This document shows positions 12,646 through 23,721 of a stretch of DNA of 64,000 nt, piece after piece (positions within the stretch are counted from its first letter, which is position 1; every line of letters starts with the position of its first letter). Both the position numbers and the translations under genes were made by a program. Source of the stretch: Rhizodiscina lignyota (lineage: Eukaryota); the NCBI GenBank assembly GCA_010015805.1, contig ML978125.1, forward strand, positions 1,674,001-1,738,000. The letters are read 5' to 3'. The notes below the pieces were generated by a model. It searched no databases. It was not told the origin of the DNA and saw nothing but the letters and a program-made list of their open reading frames with translations.

Positions 12646-14262
12646 CTAAACTTTCCCTCCTCTTACCACTCTCACTCCGCTCGGGAGGCCGAAGACTTGG
12701 TTGTCTAGCTCTTCACCGCATTTCCCCAAATAACCAGCTCTCTCTTGTAAACAAAGCCTTGTTGCCGAGTTAATGAGGTTCCCGGTAACATGGTACACCC
12801 AGCGCATGCTAGCGCTCCGTGAATTGCATCGTCCCAGCGAAACCCCATGCGCAGAACTCTCTAAGCACTTGTTTGGCGCCGACAAAGGGCTGAGTGTACC
12901 GCTCGACGATACCTGCCACACCTGTGCGTCCAGCGCGGTGCAATTTGTAAATGTGATGCTGGTATCCGATGCTGTCATACAGCTTAAGGAGGCTGTATTG
13001 AAGATCATGCCTGTGGGTATGACAGAAGAGACTTCAGAGATGCGATAGATCGCCGTCGCGTGAGTGTTGAGAGTGATATGTATACTCCCAGAGAACTTGT
13101 TCGAGTCACCTGTCCACAAATCCTTGACGGTGTATGTGTGATATGTCTCCAAACCAACTCGTTCAATGCTAACCGTCGTGCTGTTGGTGTAGTTGCCACG
13201 GTTCAGAACAGTCAGAAGCCGATCTCCATTCGCCAGACTCTTCGTCAGTACGTCGAAATATCCATCTTGACTGACAAGCGTTGCCTGCATTGCCAATGCA
13301 TCTTGGTCAACGGCAATGATGTCCTTGTTCGTCAAATACTCCACCTCCGCATCACTCAGGTCGGGAATATATGCAGAGATGATGAGGGGTGCAGAAAACG
13401 ACGACCAAAGAGCGAAATGCGACTTCTTCTCGTCAAGTGTCAGCCACGGCCAATCCGGAATTATGAAATCAGGGTCGTTGTAATAGCCAGGTTGTTGATA
13501 TCTTGCTAGGAGAACCTCGAACCCGTAGTTCACCATGACGCTCTGCCAGTAATGGCTTGCCGGATACAGGCCATATACTGCAATATCTGTCGAATGCCGA
13601 GCTAGCTCGCCATATAGAGGCACCCAATCCATGACTTCGTACCAGTCAGTGTTGTTATCGGTTGCTGAAAAGTACGCAGGTGCGGATTCCGAGAAAATGA
13701 GCGGATGCTCCAAGCTCGTCAAGACCTGATGCCACTTTGAATACAAAGTCTGGTACTCCTGCTCGTTGTCCGGATACACATTACATCCGTCCAGTTTAAG
13801 ATATTCGACACCCCAGCTTTCGAAGGTCTTTGCATCCAATTCTTCGTGCCCTCGGCTCCCTGGATAGCCACCACATGTAGCATTTCCAGAATCTTCATAG
13901 ATGCCGAAGTGGAAGCCCTTGCCTTTGAAACATTCGCCTAGCCAGATCAAGCCATTTGGAAATAGAGTCGTGTTCCACTGCAGTGAGCCATTAGGGGCAC
14001 GCTCATGCTGAAGCCAGCAATCATCAAGGTGGATACGGTCATAGCCTGCTGCCAACAGACCCTTCGAGACCATTGCATCGGCCGTCTCGACGAACAGGGA
14101 CTGATTCAGTCCGCATTCGAATCTGGCCCAATTGTTGAAGCCCATGGGCGGAGTAGGCAAGATTGACGGGTTCTCAATGCTGGCTTGAGCTGGGAATATC
14201 GCAAGAATAGCCACGAGTGCGCTGGCCATCTTCGCAGCCGACAGGCCTCGAGAGCAGCCCAT
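12646..14262 (-). CDS. Secreted GH27 alpha-galactosidase / alpha-N-acetylgalactosaminidase with C-terminal ricin-B (CBM13) domain (AglA-like)
   Basis: PTPPMGFNNW, LDDCW, YLKLDGC, NDPD, HFALW, and QxW repeats at the C-terminus. Signal peptide; start at 14262 or 14229. Confidence 0.9.
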   Translation of the reverse strand: MGCSRGLSAAKMASALVAILAIFPAQASIENPSILPTPPMGFNNWARFECGLNQSLFVETADAMVSKGLLAAGYDRIHLDDCWLQHERAPNGSLQWNTTLFPNGLIWLGECFKGKGFHFGIYEDSGNATCGGYPGSRGHEELDAKTFESWGVEYLKLDGCNVYPDNEQEYQTLYSKWHQVLTSLEHPLIFSESAPAYFSATDNNTDWYEVMDWVPLYGELARHSTDIAVYGLYPASHYWQSVMVNYGFEVLLARYQQPGYYNDPDFIIPDWPWLTLDEKKSHFALWSSFSAPLIISAYIPDLSDAEVEYLTNKDIIAVDQDALAMQATLVSQDGYFDVLTKSLANGDRLLTVLNRGNYTNSTTVSIERVGLETYHTYTVKDLWTGDSNKFSGSIHITLNTHATAIYRISEVSSVIPTGMIFNTASLSCMTASDTSITFTNCTALDAQVWQVSSSGTLSPLSAPNKCLESSAHGVSLGRCNSRSASMRWVYHVTGNLINSATRLCLQERAGYLGKCGEELDNQVFGLPSGVRVVRGGKV

Positions 14263-15938
14263 CTTGAGATGTTGAAAAAGAAGGATGAGGTACCCGAGAC
14301 AAAATGAGAACTGACATAGAGATAAGGACAAGAGGACTTACCTTTTCTACAATCAAGGTCACATCTCAGCGTCACTTCGCCTGAACTCTGTTTCTGCATC
14401 GTGGCCCCGCTTGACATGCAGGAACGAAGTGCAGATCAACTGTGTCGTCACATGTATCCTGCGGCTTTGAACTCACTCAATGTTGTGTATACGAGAGCGG
14501 AGAAGCGGGGAGTTAACATCATCTTGCTTTGGCCATCTGAGAGCTCCAGGATATGGACATGCAATCAAGTAGCAAGGAGTCCTGAAGAACTTGCCAGTGG
14601 AAAGTTGCCGGAATTCGGGGAATTTTTGCACTTAAGCGGCGGCAAAACCGCGGTCTACGCTATCATATCTGCCAAGTGGGTGACAAAATCGTTGAGCTCG
14701 CTTATTAACTAAACGGCTGTAGTACGAATACGTTTTGTTCTTCAATACGAGCGAGATCATCCCTGAAAGCTCGATTAAATGTACACTAGAGCGTATTTAT
14801 CCAAAACACGTAGCCTTAATGAGTATAATATGCGTCCCTCCGAGCTCCTATTCCTAGTACCCATAGGCTAACAGACAACATGGACACAGTAAATATACCG
14901 TTCACTCTTTGCAGCGAGATTGCAAGCAAAATATCAAGTCATCCTCGTCCGGAGGACAATGTCAATAGGTAAATAGATTAGCTGAGAAGAAGATTAGCGA
15001 CGTTGCGGTGTAGGAGGGTGAGAAGAAGGGCAGATAAAGCAAAGCTGACAGAAGTTCCCCGAGACGAAGGAGTACATCGAAGAATCTTTCAATTGCAAAG
15101 GTGCGCGATTTCTCTGCGTTGCGACCCCGGCAGGCCACACGGATCAAGACGCATCACCAACTTTAGGCCGGAATCAACTTCTCGCGCCCACAGTCTTGAT
15201 ATAACGGATGTAAACATGAAGAAGGTGACATGTAAAGAGGAGAGAAATCCTTGCTTGGAGTTGGGATTGGGATGATCACTACTACTGTATTCGGCTTAGC
15301 GCAAAATGTACCCGGAGAAAACGATAGAGTCATAAAGAAAAGATTAGCTAGACCTTGTCTTAATTCGATGGCCAACCGTATAATGGGCACAGGCATGCCC
15401 GCCATTGCCTAGAGTACCACGGAAGTCGTATGCCTTTTGTTGCTGTAAATACTGCAGCCAGCCAGTCGTGCCAATGCAACGCTCCAAATCAATCCGTGTG
15501 GGGAAAAAGTTTCTCCCGGTTGAGGCAGCGGAGTTGTGGGTGGCTTGCACCTAAACTTGGGTTGGCTAGGCACCCCGACTGGCTGACTTCTCGTTGCCTC
15601 CGCTCTCCTTGCTCTCTCGTTTCGATTCTCAGTTCACTGGCTACCTGCATGTTTTGTTCGTCTCTTGCACACTTTAACATGTTGATCCTTTCTGTAAGGA
15701 GGCCCTATTTATGATTAGGTGTATTCTGTTCTGTTTCTGTGGAGTGCATTCGCCCCGCGTTGGAGATCGGGATATCGGCTTTGAGGTGCAGCTCCGTTGA
15801 CTTCTCAGATGGTCTAAGAACGGCAGTGGTCGTACCGCAACTGCCGACCATTTATATGTAGACTGTCTTCGAGAGTGGATTCATGATTCCTATTTTTTGC
15901 TCTGAACTCAAAATTCCTCGCATTCAAAGTCAATCTCA

Positions 15939-17579
15939 ATGGCGCTCAACTCTATCGCCATTTCCTGGCAGCATTCTCTCTACCTCCTCGGCGCAGGCAT
16001 CGTCGTCCCTCTCTTCCTCATTCTGATTCAAGATATCATAAAATGGTCACGACTACCCCCAGGGCCTCTTCCTATCCCCTTCATCGGCAATAAATTCCAG
16101 ATCCCGCAATCCAAGCCATGGGTCCAGTTCGAGAAATGGTCAAAGCAATACGGTCCCATCTTTACCTTATGGTTCGGCCGCAAACCGACCCTCGTGATCG
16201 CCGACCCGCAGGTCGCCGTCGACATAATGGAGAAGCGAAGCAACAAGCACAGCTCTCGTCCTCGTATGGTCGTCATGGGTGAGATCTACAACGGCAACTC
16301 GTCGATCCTGATGCAGCCGTACGGCAAGGCTTGGAGTGTCCGCCGCAAGATGCTGCATCAAGCTTTAAACCCGCAGGCCCTGCGCCTGTACAAACCTACG
16401 CAGGAGGCCGAGGCGACGCGATTGCTAAATGCTCTGCTAATTAATCCACGGAATTGGGTGAAAGAGATTGAGCGGTTCACGTCGAGCATAGTGTTCTGCG
16501 TTGCATATGGGCATCGGATTGACACCCTCAAGGCCCGAGTCATTAAAGACAGGTTCAAGTTTATGCATTTCCAGGCGGGCCTCAACGTTCCGGGGAAATA
16601 CCTCGCTGAGAGTTTTCCGATATTGAGCAAAGTCCCGGCATTTCTCGCACCGTGGAAGAAAGAGATACAGGACATGGGACGGGAAGAAGGCGAGGCCAAT
16701 TTGGAGCTTCTCGAAATGGTGAAGGCAGAGATTGCAAAGGCAGAAGCAGAAGGCAAGCCGGAGAGTATACCGGACAGTTTCACGAGGTTGTTGCTTGAGA
16801 TGAGGAAGAAGGAGCCCATTCCGCTGAGCGAGAAGCACTTCTCATACGTGCCTGCATCACTGTTTGGAGCCGGCTCAGACACAACCGCATCAACGCTCTG
16901 CAGTGCGTTCTTGGGCCTTGTGACACATCCGGAGGTATTGAAAGCAGCGCAGGCCGAGCTCGATTCGGTTATTGGCCCTTCGAGGACACCAACATTCGAA
17001 GATGAGCCAAACTTGCCCTACATTCGCGCATTGATTAAAGAGACGCTTAGGTGGCGACCTGTTGGCGTCTTAGGAGGCACACCGCATGCTTCGAGTGAGG
17101 CGGACGTGTGGAACGGGTATCATATTCCCGCATCAACGACGCTGATCGGCTGCAGCTGGGCCATCAATCTGAACGATGAGTACTATCCAAACCCGCATCA
17201 CTACGACCCAGTACGATTCCTATCAGATTCTGAAAGAGTGGAGATGGGCATCGGGAAGCAACCATATGTCGGCGAGAAGGAACATCCAGCGAAAACAGGG
17301 CACAGCTCGTTCGGATGGGGACGAAGACTCTGTCCCGGTGAAGGTCTCGCAGCGAACAATCTCTTCATTGCGTTAAGTAAGATCTTGTGGGCGTACGATA
17401 TTCTGCCGATAGAGGGGAGGACGTATGATATTTGGGACTATACTGAGGGCTTCAACGTAAGACCGAAGAACTTCGACTGCATTGTGAGGTTAAGGAGCGA
17501 GCAGCATAAAAATGTACTCGTGAATGAGCAGATGGACGCCATGCGGTGGCTTGAGAAGTTCACTCCATTCGAGGAATGA
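15939..17579 (+). CDS. Cytochrome P450, intronless
   Basis: TM anchor, PPGP, AGSDTT, ETLRWRP, SFGWGRRLCPG. Confidence 0.95.
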   Translation: MALNSIAISWQHSLYLLGAGIVVPLFLILIQDIIKWSRLPPGPLPIPFIGNKFQIPQSKPWVQFEKWSKQYGPIFTLWFGRKPTLVIADPQVAVDIMEKRSNKHSSRPRMVVMGEIYNGNSSILMQPYGKAWSVRRKMLHQALNPQALRLYKPTQEAEATRLLNALLINPRNWVKEIERFTSSIVFCVAYGHRIDTLKARVIKDRFKFMHFQAGLNVPGKYLAESFPILSKVPAFLAPWKKEIQDMGREEGEANLELLEMVKAEIAKAEAEGKPESIPDSFTRLLLEMRKKEPIPLSEKHFSYVPASLFGAGSDTTASTLCSAFLGLVTHPEVLKAAQAELDSVIGPSRTPTFEDEPNLPYIRALIKETLRWRPVGVLGGTPHASSEADVWNGYHIPASTTLIGCSWAINLNDEYYPNPHHYDPVRFLSDSERVEMGIGKQPYVGEKEHPAKTGHSSFGWGRRLCPGEGLAANNLFIALSKILWAYDILPIEGRTYDIWDYTEGFNVRPKNFDCIVRLRSEQHKNVLVNEQMDAMRWLEKFTPFEE

Positions 17580-18272
17580 GATCCTGGTTTAAAGCGCCCA
17601 GGCATAAATACAAAGTCAGAATGGTAGCAGACAGTTTCGGAGATATGAATATTGAAAGCTACTCTCGAGTATGAAATTGCCTTACCACGAGGACGAAGCT
17701 GCCTCGTCATGAACCTACGTTGCCTCCCCACCTTACCTCCAGCCCAATCGCACTTGGAGCTTCGGGAGTAGCTCCTCCTGCATGTGCAAGATGCCATTCG
17801 AAATTCCCATCTGCGAATTATGACGCTATCAGCGAGTCCCTGCAGCTATGTGAAACATCGTTTAGCACAAGCAAACCGCCTCGAGTGTGCCTGTGCCAAG
17901 TATGACTGCAAATGGCTTCTAGAAGAGCGTTCGATCAATATTGGCTATTCTCAAAACAGGTTTTGACGCTTGTCGAGCTGGGATGAAGCCTGGGTTATTC
18001 CCGGAAGGCGCCATGCCGCATTTGGATCGGCCGGAAAGCCATTGCATCATTGGCCGACATCTTTGGGTTGCGGGATGCGACGGACAACCTGCTCGACTAC
18101 TCGGCCACGCTATCTTCTAGGATCCACTGAAGGCGACGTCAGCTCGTCGTCGGAGCTTGCTACTCCCTTAAGAACCGGTCTTAACCCTAGGTGTGCCTGT
18201 CGTACTCCAACAGCTCCAACAACTACTTACCACAATCAGACTCATTGAACGGCATTTAATCGATCAGAAGCT

Positions 18273-19626
18273 ATGGATTCATCTGAAGTGAGTGCAATCG
18301 CATTTTCTAGCTCTTCAGTCGCTGTATCAAGAATCAATTGGCCACATCAATGTTTTGCTCTTGCTGAAAGCTCTTATCCGCGCACTTCCTATCATCGTGA
18401 AGCTTTGCACCAACCTCAACTCCGGCATCGACTAACGTCCACCAGGCAGCAGCACAACTCCTCGATCCCCTCCACGAACGCGCGCCAGCAGAAGAGACGG
18501 GGCTGAATACCCACTTCCGCTCTACCTTTGCGCCACAGACGTCGTCGGAGCGCATCAATCCCCCTTCACCGCCGCAATACAAAATCCCACAGCGCAGCTC
18601 TACCAACCCCTTCCGCAGGACCTCCGGTAGCACAATAAAAGAGAGGGCCCCCAGTAGCACGCAGGACAAGCACTCCTCCTCTGTGCACGTGCGGCCCTCA
18701 AGCGCCGGCTATCCCACCCCACCACCATCTGCGTCGCCTCACCGCTCGTCATTTTCACCGACCAATCCCTATCGGCAAGAGGCATTCAGCGGATACAGCA
18801 GCAACAGGCAAGGAGGCAGTAACACACGCATGCGATCCCGATCCTCCTCCCTCGGCGAGCGCTTCCCCGGCGACAAGTCGCACCAACCGCTCGACATGAT
18901 CCGCCGCGACTCCAAGCGCGCGCACCGCAGCCCGCATCTGCGCAAGCAACACATGCCCGGCGCTGATACTATCGATAGGCTGGACAACGTGAACGGGGCG
19001 TATCACCATGAGGGGCCGTACGATGCTGCGCTGCTGGCACGCAACACAAGCTACGAGTCGAGCCCAATTGCGGCCGTGCAAGATAGTAATGAAGAAGCGT
19101 TGAGAGCGACTCCGAGGGAGAATGTGATTGATGCGGTGAAGAGGCACCGGCCACTTGATGGGGTGGCGGTCGTGCCGCCTGGGCAGCAGGATCGGTTTGG
19201 GAGGATGTATGATTATAAGGAGGGCGATAATATGATGATTGTCAATGGCGGTAACTACAAGCGGTGGCCAGGTGTGGTACGTTCTCTGTCCCTTTCCGTG
19301 CTTGAGAAGAGCACACACTGACTTCAAAGCAGGACTACCATCCCGACGATATCAAAGGCAAAGGCGAACCTTCATTCTCCATCGACCGCGCGCTTAAGAT
19401 GCACAAGGAGCAAGGCGAGCAAGGCGGCATCGAGATGAGAACTCACAACCGTCGTCGTTCACTTGACCACCACGGCGAGGCGGAGGTAGCTGGAAGCCGT
19501 GAAGTGCTCGCAGGGCTCAATGAGGAGGGACCTAGACGCCACGCCTCACTGGGCAAACAAGTCGGCGAAGGAATAAGGAGACGAATCGGAAGCTTGAGGA
19601 GGAAGCCTGCGGCGACTCGGGAATAA
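18273..19626 (+). CDS. Pal1-family cell morphology/endocytosis protein (multi-exon)
   Basis: ERFPGD..PLD, ADTIDRLD...YHHEGPYDAALLARN...PIAA (Pal1 signature). Introns after MDSSE and at ~19277-19332. Confidence 0.8.
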
Positions 19627-20342
19627 AGAGGGGGATATCTCAATGAGAGTGTGAATAGCTGGTATGGAAGGCTTTATGGTTATGAAAGAACAATAACAAC
19701 AGGAGCACATACATGTATTATACATAGAGGGAACAGTACACATGGTGCACAAACAGGCCAGTATAAACAGACATGCAGACATGAATGCAAAGATTGATGG
19801 CTAATTCAGAGCTGTAACTATCCGCCTCGTACTACGCGTGACGGCAGGCTACTTAGTTGCGTCACCTTCGACGACGACACTTGTACTATACATGGATGAA
19901 CAAACATGTTAAGATCACCAAGTCGAAGCTCTCGCTCATGGCCGCGGATGGTGTATTCGATCACGATGGGAGTTTGCTCATACTTCTTGCACGGAGTTGC
20001 ACAAATCCCAAACAGTTTGGCATTTGACCTTCGTCGTCGAAGACTATCCACCACAATGCGTAAACGCCCGCTAAGAAAGAACCCGCTGTCCAAGGTGCAA
20101 CTTTTAATGGGGGTGCTCCGAACAATCAACAATGCAGAATCATTAAGTATTACCCCTCCTCCGCCAAAGCTTTTTTTCGTCTTGTTAACGAAAGTGTCTT
20201 TTCCCCAAACCGTGGCCAATCGTCGTCATTGCTCAAAGTGCTTCCGCCCAATACTCTATACTCTGCAAGAGCAAGAGAAAGACCAAGCTACAACCCCTCG
20301 TCTTCCTACACCACACTACCTTCTTCGAAGAATTAATTACTC

Positions 20343-21175
20343 CTACAGCACCAGCGCGAAGCCGGCAAACACGCCGCCCAAGACGAGCGCCAGGCCGTAC
20401 GTCCTGCCCACGTCGATCATCAGCGCCGTGCCGCTGTTGCCGGACACGCCGCCGCTGCCCTGGCCATCGCTGCCGCTGTCGCTGCCGCCGGACGCAGACG
20501 GCGAGCTGCCGCCCAGCGTGGCGAACTGCGTGGCCGAGGCGTCGGAGCCGGTGGCCGACGAGCCCGACGTCGCCGTCTTCGAGTGCGTCGAGGTGATGGT
20601 GGAGGTGTTGACGCGCTTGGGGTTCTGCGCACCGCACGGGTGGTCGGAGCTGTGGCGCTGCGGGTTAGTAAGACCGTCTTGGAAAGTGTTGGGAGGGGAG
20701 AACGTACCGGCACGCACTCGAGCAAGCGTTGTCCTGGCCGCAGCCTGTGACGCACTGGTTGGCGAACTCGGTGCACTCGAAGTAGGGTATCGTCTGCGAG
20801 TACTGCGACGCGTTGGGCGATTGGCCGTTCCAGCAGACGCAGTCGAAGTCGAGGGTTTTCTGTCAGGGCCGCAAGTCAGTACGATGGTAACTGCAATTGA
20901 GAAGTTCGTGGAGAGGAGATGGAGACGTACAGCATCGCAGTCGTTGGCGGTTGTGGCGGCGTTGTCTCCCGGATACTGCAGGCAGAGCAGCGGGCACGAG
21001 GTCTGCTGTGCTGTGCACCATTGTTCTGCAACTCGTGTCAGCCATTGTGCCGGTCTTCTGCTCGAGAGAGAGTCTTACGCCTTATATCGAGGTCTATGCT
21101 GCTAGGGTCGATGCTTTGGGCGAGGGAGAGGCCGGTCAGGGCAGAGATGATGGGGAGGACGGTGGTGAAGAGCAT
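20343..21175 (-). CDS. Secreted Cys-rich, Ser/Thr/Gly-rich, probably GPI-anchored cell-wall protein (4 exons)
   Basis: Manual splice: MLFTTVLPIISALTGLSLAQSIDPSS...QWCTAQQTSCPLLC...FDCVCWNGQSPNASQYSQTIPYFEC...HPCGAQNP, then an S/T/G tail and a hydrophobic C-terminus. Confidence 0.8.
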
Positions 21176-22381
21176 TGTGTATGGCGGGGAGAGGAATGTG
21201 ATTAGGCGTAAAATCTACAGATGGAAAGACAATATTAGTGAGTTGTATAGGTGTGAGAGGCAGAAGCCATTGAGACACGTTATGTAGGGGACAGGAATGC
21301 GGTGGCACCTACCTGATTTGATGGTTGATCTCGGAGGTATGGGGACCCAGACGATTGACGGCTCGCTTCAACGAGAGGAAAGGGGGATTAGCGATTAAAA
21401 GGTAGCTGGTGAACAGTATGTGCAGCGAATGTAGAGGAAGAAGAGAAGAAGAGCAGAAGCGAGGGAATTGCACTCTCTCTGGGTGAGACGTGCGCGAGCG
21501 CTGTTGCCGTGGCAGAGAGTTGGCTGGGCTGGCTGATGGCTTGAGGCTTTTGTGTCTCTCACCACACTCCTATGTATTTGTCCGCGGCTAGCCCGAGGCA
21601 GCGACGCTGCAGCAAGGGTCCCTTAGTCTGCGCCCGAACGGGCACTATGGCGCCCAGATGGGACCCACACAGGCCCCCCTGGGCCCGCGAGAGATCTGTG
21701 CTACCACTGTCCACCTCCACCACCGCTGTGCTCCAAGCCCGTGTGATCTGCGAATCTCCGCTGTGCGGTGTGATTTAGTGAGCAGCCGCAGCTTCCCCGG
21801 ACGGCCTGTGGATTTATCCATGTCCTCAGTGCTGGCGCGAGTGGTTGGGAATTCGAGGACAGCGTGAAGCACAATGCAAGTCGTCTGCAAAAGGTGTGGA
21901 GAAGACGCTATCAATTGGGAGCCAGGAGCGCCGTCGCTTTTCAGCCGCGTGCATCGATTCTGCAAGTCAGAGCGTCGCCCGCCAATTGAGACGGGCATGC
22001 ACCGAAGGGTTGCGCGGCCAGCTTCGTTTTCGCAGCAAACGCTCCATCTCCACCACACGATGTGAAGAGACTTCGTGCAGGCCTCATCCCACCAGCCTCA
22101 CGCCCCCCGCTGCACCTCGCATCTTTAAACAATTGACCCCACTGCACCGCTCCCCAACCATTGTTTTTCGCTTCAGCCTTTTCCGCTTGCACGCCCTCTC
22201 AGCCTCTGCCGTTTGCCGCGTCTGACTGAAGCGAGCTAGAACGCTTTCCCCCAAATCCAGCTCCTGCTCCTATCGCCCGCTGCACTTCTCCCCGCCACTG
22301 CCACCTACCTTACTGGCCGTACAGCGGATCTCCGGCCAGGCGCACGTCTCCCTTCAGCTACTCACCTGCCTACCTAGATGG

Positions 22382-23410
22382 ATGGACTCAGAGCCCACTC
22401 CCTCGCATGAAGCTCCGGCTGCTGCCGCCGCACCCAACGACGACGATGATCTCCCCTCCGACCTGTCCTCACCACCGCCCGTCGTGAGCCCGCCGTACTG
22501 GCAGACGCAGCACGCCCGCAGCTGGTCCAACGGCTCGCTCGACCGCTCGCGCCCCGCCCCGATCGCGCTCGAGGACCACGAGGAGCTGGGCAGCGAGACG
22601 AGCAAGGCGCTGTGGGCGAAGCACGTCACCGTCGACGAGCCCGTGGTGGTGAGTGGCAACGCGCCGTCTGGCCTCGGCGCGTACGTTGTCTGGAACTGCA
22701 CGGTCGACACGCTAGACGTGAGTAACACATCGAAATCATCCTTTCTCCCCCATCTCCTTCTTGCCCCTCCCAGGCAATACATTGGACGCCCCTAAAATTA
22801 GCCGCGTTTGTCGAGCCTCCGCCTGCGTGTGGTCGACGGTCACGTCACGCTTGCGGGGATCGGATCCGTTTTGCTGGAAATGCCAATTGCTCACGAAACA
22901 TCGCTCTGACAGGGTGGGCCTATCCGCCTGCGCAAACGGTAAGCAAGCCTCGCATTCTCGCCTCGCCTCTTTCCCTTTTCTGCTGTTATGGTTGCATGTG
23001 GTCTCGTATGTATCTGCAAAGACCAAACATGTGAAACTGATAGCTCGTGCGTTTCAGCTATTCCGAGTTCGATAAGCTGCGTCATAACCTTGTCCGCACA
23101 TTTCCACACGCCAACGGCGCCATCCCTCCTCTACCGCCGAAATCTGTAATATGTGAGTCCCCCACCACTACAGTATCTACTAATTGATGGCTCCGCCCTT
23201 ACGCTTCGATGCTAAGGCTGATGTGACCTTGTAGACAAATTCCAACCCAAATTTCTCGAGAAGCGAAAAGCCGGGCTGAGCTACTTTTTGAAGTATGCCT
23301 ATCCTCCTAATCATCTTCGCTTCGATGCTAATGGAACTGTCTCCAGTTGTGTATTATTGAACCCAGAGTTCTCAGGCTCTCCCGTCCTCAAGGACTTTCT
23401 CTTCAATTGA
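22382..23410 (+). CDS. YPT35: PX-domain protein Ypt35 (5 exons)
   Basis: Spliced GAYVVWNC..GGPIRLRKRYSEFDKLR..FPHANGAIPPLPPKS..KFQPKFLEKRKAGLSYFLNCVLLNPEF, with GT-AG introns. Confidence 0.82.
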
Positions 23411-23721
23411 AAACCAGCCGTGTACATACGATAATATTTCTTGCGATCAACACATACATATACGGTGTCACGATTAATGCATAATGACAAGGCGAAGTTG
23501 AACAATTCTCCGAGACTCTCTGCACTCCCTACTACCGGGATGATTGGTTCCACTGCAGTCTCAACATGTGAGACGATTCTATGCTTCTCATGTGCTGCAA
23601 TGTGCTTTCCGAGCCGAGTATTCAACAGCACTGTCGTCTGGCCACGACATTCTATACAAAATTCAGTCTATGGCCCTAATCCCTGACGCCGTGATCCAAA
23701 ATGCATAGAGCATAGCTCGCT

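Noticed and set aside
19906..21105. 399-aa plus-strand ORF
   Set aside because: Antisense shadow of the GC-rich GPI-protein gene; no coherent domain.
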